Positions 1 through 9,495 of a stretch of DNA of 64,000 bases are shown piece by piece. Each line of letters opens with the position of its first letter. Position 1 is the first letter of the stretch. Source of the stretch: Acidobacteriota bacterium (GTDB taxonomy: Bacteria > Acidobacteriota > UBA890 > WLXD01). The position numbers were made by a program, and so were the translations under genes. Under the pieces are notes generated by a model. The model saw only the letters and a list, made by a program, of their open reading frames with translations, was not told where the DNA came from and did not search any database. Location of the stretch: the NCBI GenBank assembly GCA_963666215.2, contig CAXWPL010000005.1, forward strand, positions 384,001-448,000, written 5' to 3'.

Positions 1-309
1 GTCGATGAGATCGACGACGAGCTCATCGGCGACGACGACCGAGAATGGCTCGCCGGCTTTAAGGCCCAGCTAATCCAGTCCTACATCCGCATCCCGGAGA
101 TGCTCAATCTGCTGGACGGCCACCGCTCGCTTCTCGACGTGCGCGACGCGCTGAGCGCCGAGGACTTCGATTTCATGCGCCCGACCTTCGGCGTCGGCAG
201 CCCGCGCGACCTGTCGCTCGAGTACCGCCGCACCGACATGGACGACATCCTGCACCTGGCGCGGATCATGGAACGCTGCGGCATGCTGGCCCTGGAGAAG
301 CCTCGATGA
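1..309 (+). CDS. C-terminal part of a probable M28/DUF4910-type peptidase (runs off the left edge)
   Basis: Frame is open from base 1 (VDEIDDELIG...PEMLNLLDGHRSLLDVRDALSAE). This resembles the C-terminus of the next gene (EAIVNFADGDRTVTQIHAAVVAE). ATGA overlap with the next ORF. Confidence 0.6.
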   Translation, partial: VDEIDDELIGDDDREWLAGFKAQLIQSYIRIPEMLNLLDGHRSLLDVRDALSAEDFDFMRPTFGVGSPRDLSLEYRRTDMDDILHLARIMERCGMLALEKPR

Positions 310-2501
310 GGCTTCGCCGGGCGTCGCATTGGGAGTCGACCCGGACGCCGGCGTTACCACGTCGGGTGGTGGGGCTCGCTCGTGCGCTTCGCTGGCCGCA
401 GGGCCTCATCACGATCGTTGTCGTTGTGGGTCTTGTTACCGTCAACGGGGCCGCGGCGCGGCCCATGATCGGCGTGTCACGCTCTGGCAGCGCGCAGATC
501 GATGCGGAGTTGCGACGGGTGGTGCGCGACGAGTTGCGCGGACAGGTTGCCCTCGACCACGTGCGCCAGCTCTCCACCTTCGACCGCACCGCGACCACCG
601 AGGGCTACCACCAGGCCATCGAGTACGTCCGCGACGCGGCACAACGGGCGGGGCTGCAGCAGCTAGAAGTGATCCGCTTCCCGGCCGACGGAGTGGCACC
701 GATCCTCGACACCTACCGCTCAGGCTGGGCCTGGAGGTTGGGTGGCGGCGAGCTGGCCTACGAGCACCCGGACGAGCGTATCTGCCGGTACGAAGACATC
801 CCGACCTGCATCGTCAAGTACTCGCCAGCCGCGAACGGTGTCTTCGAGGTCGTCGACGTCGGACCAGGCACGAGCGCCGCCGGTTACGCGGGTAAGGACG
901 TCGACGGCAAGCTGGTGTTCGCATCGGCCCAGGCGTCTGCAGTGCTCGCCTACGCGGCGGGACGCCACCACATCGCCGGCGTTATCTCGTACTGGGACAA
1001 CTACCTGCCCGACCGTTCGCCGTTTCCCGACCAGGTGGCGTGGCAGGCCGTCGCCCAGGACCCCGGCTCCGACGTCTTCGCGTTCTCGATTTCCAAGAGG
1101 ATGGCCGGCCAGCTGCAGCGGCGGCTGGCCGCGGGTGCGGTGCGGCTGCGGGCACACATCGATGCCGAGCTGTTCGCTGGCGAGTACGAGCTTCTGACCG
1201 GAGTGCTGCCGGGCGGCGACCTCCGCAACGAGGAGGTTCTCGTCATCGCTCACCTCAACCACCATCGCCCCGGCGCCAACGACAACGCCAGGGGGTCGGC
1301 CCTCGGCCTGGAGATGATCGGCGTGCTGGCGCGGCTGCTGGAACGGGGCACGCTGCCACCGCTGCGGCGTTCGATCCGCTTTCTGTGGGTCCCCGAACAC
1401 CGCGGAACGCAGATCTTCGTGCACCAGAACCGAGACTACGGCGAGCGTGGCGTTGCGGTTATCGACAACGACATGGTTGGCGCAGATCAGGCGGAGTCGG
1501 GATCGATCTTTCTGCTCACACGTCCCCCCGACTCGATGCCGAGCTACCTCAACGATCTCATGGAGAGCCTGCTCGAGGAGGTCATCCGCGAGCAGTTCCG
1601 CTCGCCGTACGGCTCGCGTAACCCGTTCCACTATCGGGTGGTTCCCTACAGCGGCGCGATCAGCGATCACGCCTACTTCGTGGACCGCTCCGTCGGCGTA
1701 CCGGCGATCATGCTGTCGACCGATCCAGACAACTTCTACCATTCCAATGAGGATACGGCGGACCACATCGACGCCACGACGTTAATGCGCGCCGGATACG
1801 TTGCCGCCAGCGCCGCGGCCTGGCTCGCAACGGCCGGCGCCGCGGAGACCGTGCCCCTGGCGCAGCTCGTAGGCGGCGGGGCGCTGTCGCGGTTGGGCTC
1901 GACTCTCGCCGATTCCATGATGCGGCTGCAGCAGGCCACCGAGCTCGCTCCGACCCATGCGGAGCAATCCAACCTGTTGCGGCATGTCGCCGCCTGCGAG
2001 ATCGCCGCTGTGATTTCGGTGAAGCGACTCGGTACCAGCCCGACGACCGCGCGGCAGATCCGCATCGTCGAGGAGACCGTTAGCGCCCAGGCGACGGCGG
2101 CGCTTCTGGCCCTCGAGCACCAGTACCAACAACTGATCAACAGCCGCGGCAAAGCAGAGGGTGTCGTGCGGACACCGATCGCCGAGATCCCCGGCGCAGG
2201 GCCGGCGGAGCGTGCCGCTTGCGGCGCCGACCTGCTGCAGGCCGTACCCGAACGTGGACTCTTCGGACCACTGCGCCCGTCCTGGTTTCTCGACAACGTC
2301 GAGGCAGAGCGCAGGACCTGGTACGAGGCTGGACACGCCGGCGGCAGCTTCCGCGAGGCCATCGTCAACTTCGCTGACGGTGACCGGACCGTGACACAGA
2401 TCCACGCAGCGGTTGTAGCCGAGCTGGGCGAGCTGCCGGTGTCCGACGTATGTCGATTCCTCGTTGACCTGGTGTCGTTGGATCTCTTTTCCTGGAGGTA
2501 G
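306..2501 (+). CDS. Secreted M28-family (DUF4910-like) aminopeptidase with PA domain
   Basis: Hydrophobic N-terminal segment; PA-like YAGKDVDGKLV; metal-site motifs AHLNH, GANDNARG, PEHRG, DNDMVG, SDH, YHSNEDT. Confidence 0.85.
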   Translation: MRLRRASHWESTRTPALPRRVVGLARALRWPQGLITIVVVVGLVTVNGAAARPMIGVSRSGSAQIDAELRRVVRDELRGQVALDHVRQLSTFDRTATTEGYHQAIEYVRDAAQRAGLQQLEVIRFPADGVAPILDTYRSGWAWRLGGGELAYEHPDERICRYEDIPTCIVKYSPAANGVFEVVDVGPGTSAAGYAGKDVDGKLVFASAQASAVLAYAAGRHHIAGVISYWDNYLPDRSPFPDQVAWQAVAQDPGSDVFAFSISKRMAGQLQRRLAAGAVRLRAHIDAELFAGEYELLTGVLPGGDLRNEEVLVIAHLNHHRPGANDNARGSALGLEMIGVLARLLERGTLPPLRRSIRFLWVPEHRGTQIFVHQNRDYGERGVAVIDNDMVGADQAESGSIFLLTRPPDSMPSYLNDLMESLLEEVIREQFRSPYGSRNPFHYRVVPYSGAISDHAYFVDRSVGVPAIMLSTDPDNFYHSNEDTADHIDATTLMRAGYVAASAAAWLATAGAAETVPLAQLVGGGALSRLGSTLADSMMRLQQATELAPTHAEQSNLLRHVAACEIAAVISVKRLGTSPTTARQIRIVEETVSAQATAALLALEHQYQQLINSRGKAEGVVRTPIAEIPGAGPAERAACGADLLQAVPERGLFGPLRPSWFLDNVEAERRTWYEAGHAGGSFREAIVNFADGDRTVTQIHAAVVAELGELPVSDVCRFLVDLVSLDLFSWR

Positions 2502-2541
2502 GCCCTTGCTGGTACTGGCGACATATCTCGGAACCGGTGCG

Positions 2542-5133
2542 ATGAGGTTGCACACGCTCGTCGTGCTCGCCGCGCTCGTTGCCCTTCTGCCGCCGGCCCC
2601 GGCGCTGGCCGGGCAGCGCATCGACGAGGACCTCCTCGAGACACTTGACGAGCACACGGGGCCGATCCCTGTCTTCGCTCTCTTGAGCCAGCAGTCGGAG
2701 CTCGACGAAACCAGCCATCGCACCCGGCCCGATCTGAGCAAGGAGGAATGGCGCCAGCACGCGGTGGCAGAGCTCCAGGCGCTGAGCAGCTCGACCCAGT
2801 CTGAGCTGCTGGCGGCGCTCGAGGCCGCAGGCCACGCGGCCGAGGTCGAGCGCGCATTCTGGATCGTCAACGGCCTGAGCCTCAGCGTCGACGCAGCAGC
2901 GATCCGCTGGCTGGCCGCCTCGGAGCACGTCGCGCGCGTCTACCGACGCTGCGAGAAGCCCGCCGATCTCATCGCCACCGAGGGCAGATTCACCCAGGCC
3001 TTCGAGCAACCGGTCGACGTCGTCACGCTCGACGAGGTGCTCGCCCACCGAGATCTGTCGTGGAACCTGACACGCATCCAGGCCGACCTGGTGTGGTCGC
3101 GCCTCGGCCTCATCGGCCGTGGGGTGGTGATCGCGATCCTCGACAGCGGCGTCAACTACCGCCACAGCGACTTCCGCTATCACTTGTGGCGCAACGAGGG
3201 CGAAGTCGAGCGTAATAACCTCGACGACGACGGTAACGGGTATGTCGACGACATCTACGGCTTCAACTTCGCCAACGGCAACTCCAACGTAGCCGACGAC
3301 TTTTTCCACGGCACTTCGTCGGCCAGCATCATGGTGGGCGACGGGCGTGGCGGCATGCTGACCGGGGTGGCGCCGGGCGCCGAGCTGATGGTTCTGCGGA
3401 TGTACGACCAGATGACGAGGCATAACAACTCGTCGCTCTGGCGCGCCTACCAGTACGACGCCTGGGAGGCACTGCAGTATGCGGTGGCCGAGGGAGCTCA
3501 CGTCGTCAACATGAGCTTTGCCTGGGAGCCGGCCGAGAATCCGCTGCACGCCGTATGGCGCTACGCCAGCACCAACGTCGTCGCCGCGGGCGTCGTGATG
3601 GTCGCCGGCGCCGGCAACTTCCGCGGCAGCTACCCGATCCCCGGCCAGATCCGACCGCCAGCCAGCGTGCCGGCGGTGATTGCCACCGGCGGCACATTCG
3701 AGGACGACAGCGTTGCCGACCTCACCAGTCGCGGGCCGGTGACATGGAGCATGTACCCGCCGTTCGACGACTACCCGTTGCCCGAAGGTCTGCCGCAGGT
3801 CGCCTTCAGCGCCCCTTGGGGCTACTTCCCGGTGATTGTTTTCAGCGGCCGCGGCTACCAGGTGCTGGCCGAACAGCGTGGCAGCTCGCTCACCTCGCCG
3901 CACGTCGCCGGCGTCGTGGCGCTGATGCTCGAGGACAACCCCGAGTTGATGCCCGAGGAGGTTCGCGAGCGCCTGGCACGCAGCAGCCTCGACGTCGGAG
4001 CGATGGGCACCGATCCCTACACCGGCAGCGGCATCGTGCAAGCCTACGACGCCATCATGCTCGGCTCGGTGGCGCTGCCGAGAGTGGTCGCAGTGCGCTA
4101 TCGGCCAACGTCTGGCAGCGACGACGCGAGCACGGCGACCCCGTTGGCGAACGGCGGCGCCCCGCCGGCCAGCTCGCTGCGAGCGGGCGACGCGGTCTGG
4201 ATCGAGATCGACATCGAGAACCCGGGAGCCACCGACGACGGCGCGACCTTCACACTCGAGTCACCTTCAGGAGACGTACGGGTGACTGAGCCAACGCTCG
4301 TCGTATCGCACCTCGCGCGGCGCCACACGCTGCGTTTCCGGGCCAAGCTTTCTTCCAGTGCTCGACCGGGCTCGGTCGCAGGGCTGCGGCTGTCCACGAG
4401 ATTGGACCATGGCGGCCTGCGCGCCACCGAGCTGGAGCTGCCGGTCTGGGGCAGCGACACCCTGCTGGTGGACGACGACGGCGGCGGGCCGTACGAGGCC
4501 GAGTGGCGTCGCAGCCTGGAGCGCCAGGGAAAGCCGTACGACTTGCTGTCGGCGTGGCCGACCCTACAGACCCCGTTGCCCGAGCTCGGCAGTTATTCCG
4601 TCGTCGTCTGGATCAAGGGCGAGGAAGCCTACGGCACGCTGTCGCCTTCACAGAAGAATGCTCTAGACGGATATCTCGCTGGCGGCGGCCGCCTGGTTCT
4701 CGTTGGCCAGAACGCCGCGCGCGATCTTCAGGACGACGGTATCCTCAGCCGCCTCGGGAGCCGCTTCGTGTCGGACATCGCCCGGCCCCGGTCGCTGCGC
4801 GGCGCCGCGGGCTCGTTTCTCGATGGCTTCGAGGCGCCATTCTTGCCTGGTGGCACCCTACCCGATCTCGTCGCCGCAACCGCAACGGGCCGGCTCCTGC
4901 TACCGGTCGAGGCTACCGCTGACAGCGCTGAGTCCGACCCTGCCGGGGTAGCGGTAGGCGCCGACGGCTCGGTGATCCTGACCATCGAGATCGCCGGCAT
5001 CGCCGACGTCACTCTTCGCGACGAGCTCGTCCGAAGGCTCATCGAAGGGTCCGCGCCGACGACCGACGCAGAGGCGGTCAGCCGGCCCATTGGCGACCAC
5101 CGAAAGCCCGTCAACGTCGTTCACCACCGATGA
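2542..5133 (+). CDS. Secreted S8 subtilisin-like serine protease with C-terminal accessory domains
   Basis: Signal peptide from ATG 2542; catalytic motifs IAILDSG, FHGT, AGAGN and GSSLTSPHVAG; DDDGNGYVDD calcium loop. Confidence 0.9.
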   Translation: MRLHTLVVLAALVALLPPAPALAGQRIDEDLLETLDEHTGPIPVFALLSQQSELDETSHRTRPDLSKEEWRQHAVAELQALSSSTQSELLAALEAAGHAAEVERAFWIVNGLSLSVDAAAIRWLAASEHVARVYRRCEKPADLIATEGRFTQAFEQPVDVVTLDEVLAHRDLSWNLTRIQADLVWSRLGLIGRGVVIAILDSGVNYRHSDFRYHLWRNEGEVERNNLDDDGNGYVDDIYGFNFANGNSNVADDFFHGTSSASIMVGDGRGGMLTGVAPGAELMVLRMYDQMTRHNNSSLWRAYQYDAWEALQYAVAEGAHVVNMSFAWEPAENPLHAVWRYASTNVVAAGVVMVAGAGNFRGSYPIPGQIRPPASVPAVIATGGTFEDDSVADLTSRGPVTWSMYPPFDDYPLPEGLPQVAFSAPWGYFPVIVFSGRGYQVLAEQRGSSLTSPHVAGVVALMLEDNPELMPEEVRERLARSSLDVGAMGTDPYTGSGIVQAYDAIMLGSVALPRVVAVRYRPTSGSDDASTATPLANGGAPPASSLRAGDAVWIEIDIENPGATDDGATFTLESPSGDVRVTEPTLVVSHLARRHTLRFRAKLSSSARPGSVAGLRLSTRLDHGGLRATELELPVWGSDTLLVDDDGGGPYEAEWRRSLERQGKPYDLLSAWPTLQTPLPELGSYSVVVWIKGEEAYGTLSPSQKNALDGYLAGGGRLVLVGQNAARDLQDDGILSRLGSRFVSDIARPRSLRGAAGSFLDGFEAPFLPGGTLPDLVAATATGRLLLPVEATADSAESDPAGVAVGADGSVILTIEIAGIADVTLRDELVRRLIEGSAPTTDAEAVSRPIGDHRKPVNVVHHR

Positions 5134-7196
5134 GCAGGCGCCACCATCGTCATCCTGGTTGCCGGGTCGCTGCCGCTGCTGGCAGTGCGTTCCTACTGAT
5201 CCTCGTCCCGAGCCACGCGGCCGGCACGGCGACGGCACACCAGGACCGCCAGACGGCCGGCGAACCGCGGTTCGTTGTCGGGCCCAACCTGCGCGCCTCG
5301 GCCAACGCCGCCGGTGGTAACCGGAACGAGGCATGGATCGCGACCAGCCCGCGCAACCCGGACTTCGTCATCGGCGTCTCGCAAATCGGTCCGACCGGGG
5401 CTCCGCTGGAGTGCGCCACCATGCTGTCGCGCAACGGCGGACGGACGTGGCGCGAGACGCGGCTCCCGGGACAAGAGACCGGGTGCTTCGACCCCATGGT
5501 TCTGGCGACGCGCGACGGACGTGTCTATGTTCTGCACGCGCTCATGCTGCAGCGTGGGCCCAGCGAAGGCCGGCCCGCGGCACCACCGCGGCGGCTGCCT
5601 GACCGCACCATTCGAGTCTGGTCCAGCGACGACGAAGGGGTCACCTGGTCGGAACCGACCGACCTCGCCTGCCCGCTGGCGCCCGACCACCCGAGGATGG
5701 CGGTGGACGAGAGCGGCGGGCCGCATCACGGCAGGCTCTACGTCGCCTGGAACGAAGGTCGCGACACGCTGCTGCGTGGCCGCTTTCACGTGTTTCTGCA
5801 CTACTCGGATGACGGCGGCAGGACCTTCAGCGACCCGGTGCTGGTGACCCGTGGGACGGGCGGCAAGCTGGTGACCACGGAGCCGGTGGTGCTGTCGGAC
5901 GGCACCTTGCTGGTGACCTACTACCAATTCTTCGGACCGATGGCCAGCGAACGCAACGATCGCAAGCCGTTCTTCGTCATCCGCTCGACCGACGGCGGTA
6001 CCACCTTCGGGCCGCCGGAAGAGGTCATCGACATCGGCACCTCGGCATGGCGCCATCTGCTACGGGACTTCATCTTCGCCTTCGCGCTGCCTGTGGTCGC
6101 CGTTGACAGCTCACCGTCGAGCCCGTTTCACGATCGAATCTACGTCGTCTGGGATGACGTCCGCACCGGTCGATCGAGCATCTGGCTACGCTGGTCCGCC
6201 GACGGCGGCCGCACCTGGGCCGAGCCGGTGAGGGTCAACGACAACGGGCTCGAAGACGGCCCGCCCGACTTGCGGATGACGCCGGTGGTCGCGGTGAACC
6301 CCGACGGACTGGTGGGTATCGCCTGGTACGACCGTCGCGACGATCCGAGTCGGCGCTGCTGGCACCAGTACTTCACCGCCTCCGACGACGGCGGCCGCAG
6401 CTTCCTTCCCAACGTTGCGCTGTCGACTGCTCCGTCCTGCCCTGAGCCCAATCTGGCACCGACCGTGCACGTGTCGAACGTTGCCGAGCACATCGACGAG
6501 AGCCGCCCCGACGAGGCCCACATCGCGGCCCTACCGCAAGGTCCCGAGCGATCGGCGCTGCAGCGCGAGGCCGCGATCGACGCGGCGCTGGAGCAGGCGT
6601 ATGGATCGCTGGCGCCACGCATCCGCATTGGCTTCGACACCGCCCGCAACGCCTGGCCCGGCCACTACAGCGGCCTCGCGGCCGGGGCCGACGGCGCGTT
6701 CCACGCCCTTTGGGCCGACCGGCGAGGCCGGGGACAGCAGCTATTCACGACGCGGGTGGAGGTCGTCTCGGGGGACCCGGAAGCAGCACCGTCGAAGACC
6801 GCTGCGACCGACCTGACCGGGATGGTGGCGCTGATCGCCTCTCCCGCCTCGTTCAACGAGGGCGCCGGTACGGCGACCTTCGGCCTGCAGCTGCGCAACG
6901 TCTCCGACCAGGTGATTCATGCGCCACTCTCCGTCCTCGTGTCCACCATTGGGGAGTCTCCAGCCGGACCGACCGTCGAGCTCATCGACGTCGATGCCGG
7001 TGGCAGCGGTGTCGGCGCCACCTGGGATTTCTCCGATCTGATGGGAAGCACACGGCGGCTCCTTCCCGGCGACATCACGGGAGCCAGAACCGTGGTCGTT
7101 CGTGTGGATCGTGAAACGGGACTGGACGGGATCTTCGGGTTCGAGGTCCGCGGCCACGTGCGCACCGGCGGCGCTCCCTCGGCCGCTCACCACTAG
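5130..7196 (+). CDS. Secreted BNR/Asp-box repeat (sialidase-fold) protein
   Basis: Six Asp-boxes (SRNGGRTW, SDDEGVTW, SDDGGRTF, STDGGTTF, SADGGRTW, SDDGGRSF); signal-like N-terminus; ATGA overlap with the S8 gene. Confidence 0.85.
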   Translation: MSRRHHRHPGCRVAAAAGSAFLLILVPSHAAGTATAHQDRQTAGEPRFVVGPNLRASANAAGGNRNEAWIATSPRNPDFVIGVSQIGPTGAPLECATMLSRNGGRTWRETRLPGQETGCFDPMVLATRDGRVYVLHALMLQRGPSEGRPAAPPRRLPDRTIRVWSSDDEGVTWSEPTDLACPLAPDHPRMAVDESGGPHHGRLYVAWNEGRDTLLRGRFHVFLHYSDDGGRTFSDPVLVTRGTGGKLVTTEPVVLSDGTLLVTYYQFFGPMASERNDRKPFFVIRSTDGGTTFGPPEEVIDIGTSAWRHLLRDFIFAFALPVVAVDSSPSSPFHDRIYVVWDDVRTGRSSIWLRWSADGGRTWAEPVRVNDNGLEDGPPDLRMTPVVAVNPDGLVGIAWYDRRDDPSRRCWHQYFTASDDGGRSFLPNVALSTAPSCPEPNLAPTVHVSNVAEHIDESRPDEAHIAALPQGPERSALQREAAIDAALEQAYGSLAPRIRIGFDTARNAWPGHYSGLAAGADGAFHALWADRRGRGQQLFTTRVEVVSGDPEAAPSKTAATDLTGMVALIASPASFNEGAGTATFGLQLRNVSDQVIHAPLSVLVSTIGESPAGPTVELIDVDAGGSGVGATWDFSDLMGSTRRLLPGDITGARTVVVRVDRETGLDGIFGFEVRGHVRTGGAPSAAHH

Positions 7197-7225
7197 CAGG
7201 CCGTGGTGGAAGTGTGGCGGGCTGG

Positions 7226-9448
7226 CTATTTGAGGTACCCGTCGAACCAGGCAAGCATCCGCTGCCAGATGTCGATCAGCACCCAGGGCTCGGAGTCGCC
7301 GCCGAGGTGCGTCTCGCCCGGGTAGACGATCAGGCTCGCCGGCTTCTCGAGATCGCGCAGGGCGTAGTACATCTGCTCCGCCTGCGAGAGGTGCACATTC
7401 CGGTCATCGGTACCCTGCATGATCATGATCGGCGTCTCCACCTTGTCGAGATGGAAGATCGGCGAGTTCTTGATGAACGCCTCCGGAACGTCCCACAGCT
7501 GGCCGCCCAGCCTTCCCTGCCCGATGCGGTCACCGCGCCGCCAAAAGACCCCCTGCATGCGGTATTTGCTGACCCAGTTCGTGATCCCGGCCAGGGAGAT
7601 GGCGGCGCGGAAGCGGCTCGTCCGGGTGACGATGATATTGGTGGCAAAACCACCGAAGCTGCGGCCGGTGACGCCAAAGTTGCCGTTGGCAACGCCCAGC
7701 TCCAAGAGCCGGTCCATCGCCGGCACCACCGATTCCTCGAAGGAACGCGCCGTTTCGCCCATGGTAAACGCGACGTCGGGAAGGAACACGGCGTAGCCGT
7801 GGTTGGCATACACCTGCCGGTTGTAGATGTGGTACTGGAACTGATGCAGGTTGTGGCTGAAGCTCTCGTAGACCCAGAAGATCACCGGATAGGAGCGCCC
7901 GGGCTGGTAACCGGCCGGGTACAGCAGCACTCCTTTTAGCGGAACACCCGCCCGGCTCGTCCAGTGAATCAACTCGGTCACTCCCATCGACCGGTCGGCG
8001 AATCGCTCGTTGAAACGGGTGAGCTGGCGCCGCTCACCAGCAGAGTCGTCAGCCACCCAGATGTTCTCCGGCGTTGCCGCGCCCTGCAGAGTGAAGAAGA
8101 GCCGCTGCCCGATCAGGCGAATCTGCTGGATCATCCGGTCTCCGAGGAACAGCTGCCCGGTCGCGCCGGTATCTGGCTCGATGCGGTAAATCCCCTGCTG
8201 TCCGGAGCGGTCGTCCACGACCTTGACCAGAAGGACACGCCCTTCATCGCCCCAAATGACCTGGGCCGGCCGCTGGGGCAGATCCAAGACGAGCGGTTTC
8301 GAATCGCCGGTGGCGGCGTCGAGCAGGACGTACCCCTCCTCCACAGGGCAGAGGATCGTGTTGCTGTTTGGGCGCCACAACGGGCTGCCGCTGACGTGCA
8401 GGGATTCCGGGCCGAGCGGCGTTGAGCGGTCGGTCACCGGGTCGTAGAGCCACAGCCGTTCCTCCTCGACATAGGCCAGCGATGCGCCGTCGGGGGACCA
8501 CGAATACGGCGTGGTCATGATCACGTCCGCAAGCACCCTTCGGACATCACCACCGTCTACGGAATGGATCTCGAGCGTCACGTAGCTCGGTACCAAATGG
8601 GTCAGCACCGGCCAGCGGGTAAGCTTCGATGCCGCCACCCAACGACCGTCCGGTGACACCGAGTAACTGTAGAAGTTGGTGTCCTCGCCGATGATCGGTA
8701 CGGTCTGTCCGCTGGCGATGTCGAGGCCCCAGAGCTGGCTTCTGCTGTACTCGATGAAGCGCTCCTCGTAGGAGTCCGGCTCCCAGGTGGTCCGCACGAT
8801 CACCCGCTCGTCGTCCTCGTAGGGCCAGATCGGCCCCACGCCCTCGAAAGAGGTCGGGAAGTAGAGGACGCGTCGGCCGTCGGGGGTCCAGTCGAGCGCC
8901 CGGCGCCCGCTGATGTCCGCGAGGCGGAAGAAGTCGGTCCTGCCGCTGGCGCGATACCAGACCCCTAGACAGATGGCACCGTCATGCCAGGCGTAGAAAG
9001 CCAGCTTGCTACCATCGGGCGCCCAGGTGGGCGTCCACGAGAACTCGTCGCCCTGGGTGATCGGCAGGGCCTCGTCGCTGTCGATCGGTCGGACGAAGAC
9101 GTACTCACCGCGCGGCACGTAGTAGTAGAGCGTCGGCGTCTTGGCTCGTGGCTGGTAGCCGTCTCTGAGCGTGTAGGCCAGCATCTCCCCGTCGGCCGAG
9201 ACGCCGCGGGCGGCGGCAAACCTCGGTACCTCGAGCGCAAGCGAATCCTCGATCGTCAAGCGCCTGCTGCCGACCGCCTCCAGCGCCGGTCCTGCGTCCT
9301 GCGGCGCGGCGTGCAAAACCTGGCCGACCGACTCCTCTGGCGGCGCGGCCATCGCGGTGCACAGCAACGCGGCCACCGCGATCAGCCGCGCAAGTGCCGC
9401 ATACGGAATCGACGTTGACAGGCTGAGCAAGACCCCATCGCTTCGCAT
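7226..9448 (-). CDS. S9 prolyl oligopeptidase/acylaminoacyl peptidase with PD40 beta-propeller
   Basis: GRSFGG nucleophile elbow, QGTDDRNV and YPGETH triad motifs, WSPDG repeats. Start placed at ATG 9448 because the longer ORF overlaps the neighbouring gene. Confidence 0.9.
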   Translation of the reverse strand: MRSDGVLLSLSTSIPYAALARLIAVAALLCTAMAAPPEESVGQVLHAAPQDAGPALEAVGSRRLTIEDSLALEVPRFAAARGVSADGEMLAYTLRDGYQPRAKTPTLYYYVPRGEYVFVRPIDSDEALPITQGDEFSWTPTWAPDGSKLAFYAWHDGAICLGVWYRASGRTDFFRLADISGRRALDWTPDGRRVLYFPTSFEGVGPIWPYEDDERVIVRTTWEPDSYEERFIEYSRSQLWGLDIASGQTVPIIGEDTNFYSYSVSPDGRWVAASKLTRWPVLTHLVPSYVTLEIHSVDGGDVRRVLADVIMTTPYSWSPDGASLAYVEEERLWLYDPVTDRSTPLGPESLHVSGSPLWRPNSNTILCPVEEGYVLLDAATGDSKPLVLDLPQRPAQVIWGDEGRVLLVKVVDDRSGQQGIYRIEPDTGATGQLFLGDRMIQQIRLIGQRLFFTLQGAATPENIWVADDSAGERRQLTRFNERFADRSMGVTELIHWTSRAGVPLKGVLLYPAGYQPGRSYPVIFWVYESFSHNLHQFQYHIYNRQVYANHGYAVFLPDVAFTMGETARSFEESVVPAMDRLLELGVANGNFGVTGRSFGGFATNIIVTRTSRFRAAISLAGITNWVSKYRMQGVFWRRGDRIGQGRLGGQLWDVPEAFIKNSPIFHLDKVETPIMIMQGTDDRNVHLSQAEQMYYALRDLEKPASLIVYPGETHLGGDSEPWVLIDIWQRMLAWFDGYLK

Positions 9449-9495
9449 GAACGACCTCCGCTGCTTGTCGTTGTCCGCGCGCGTGCCACGGCACT

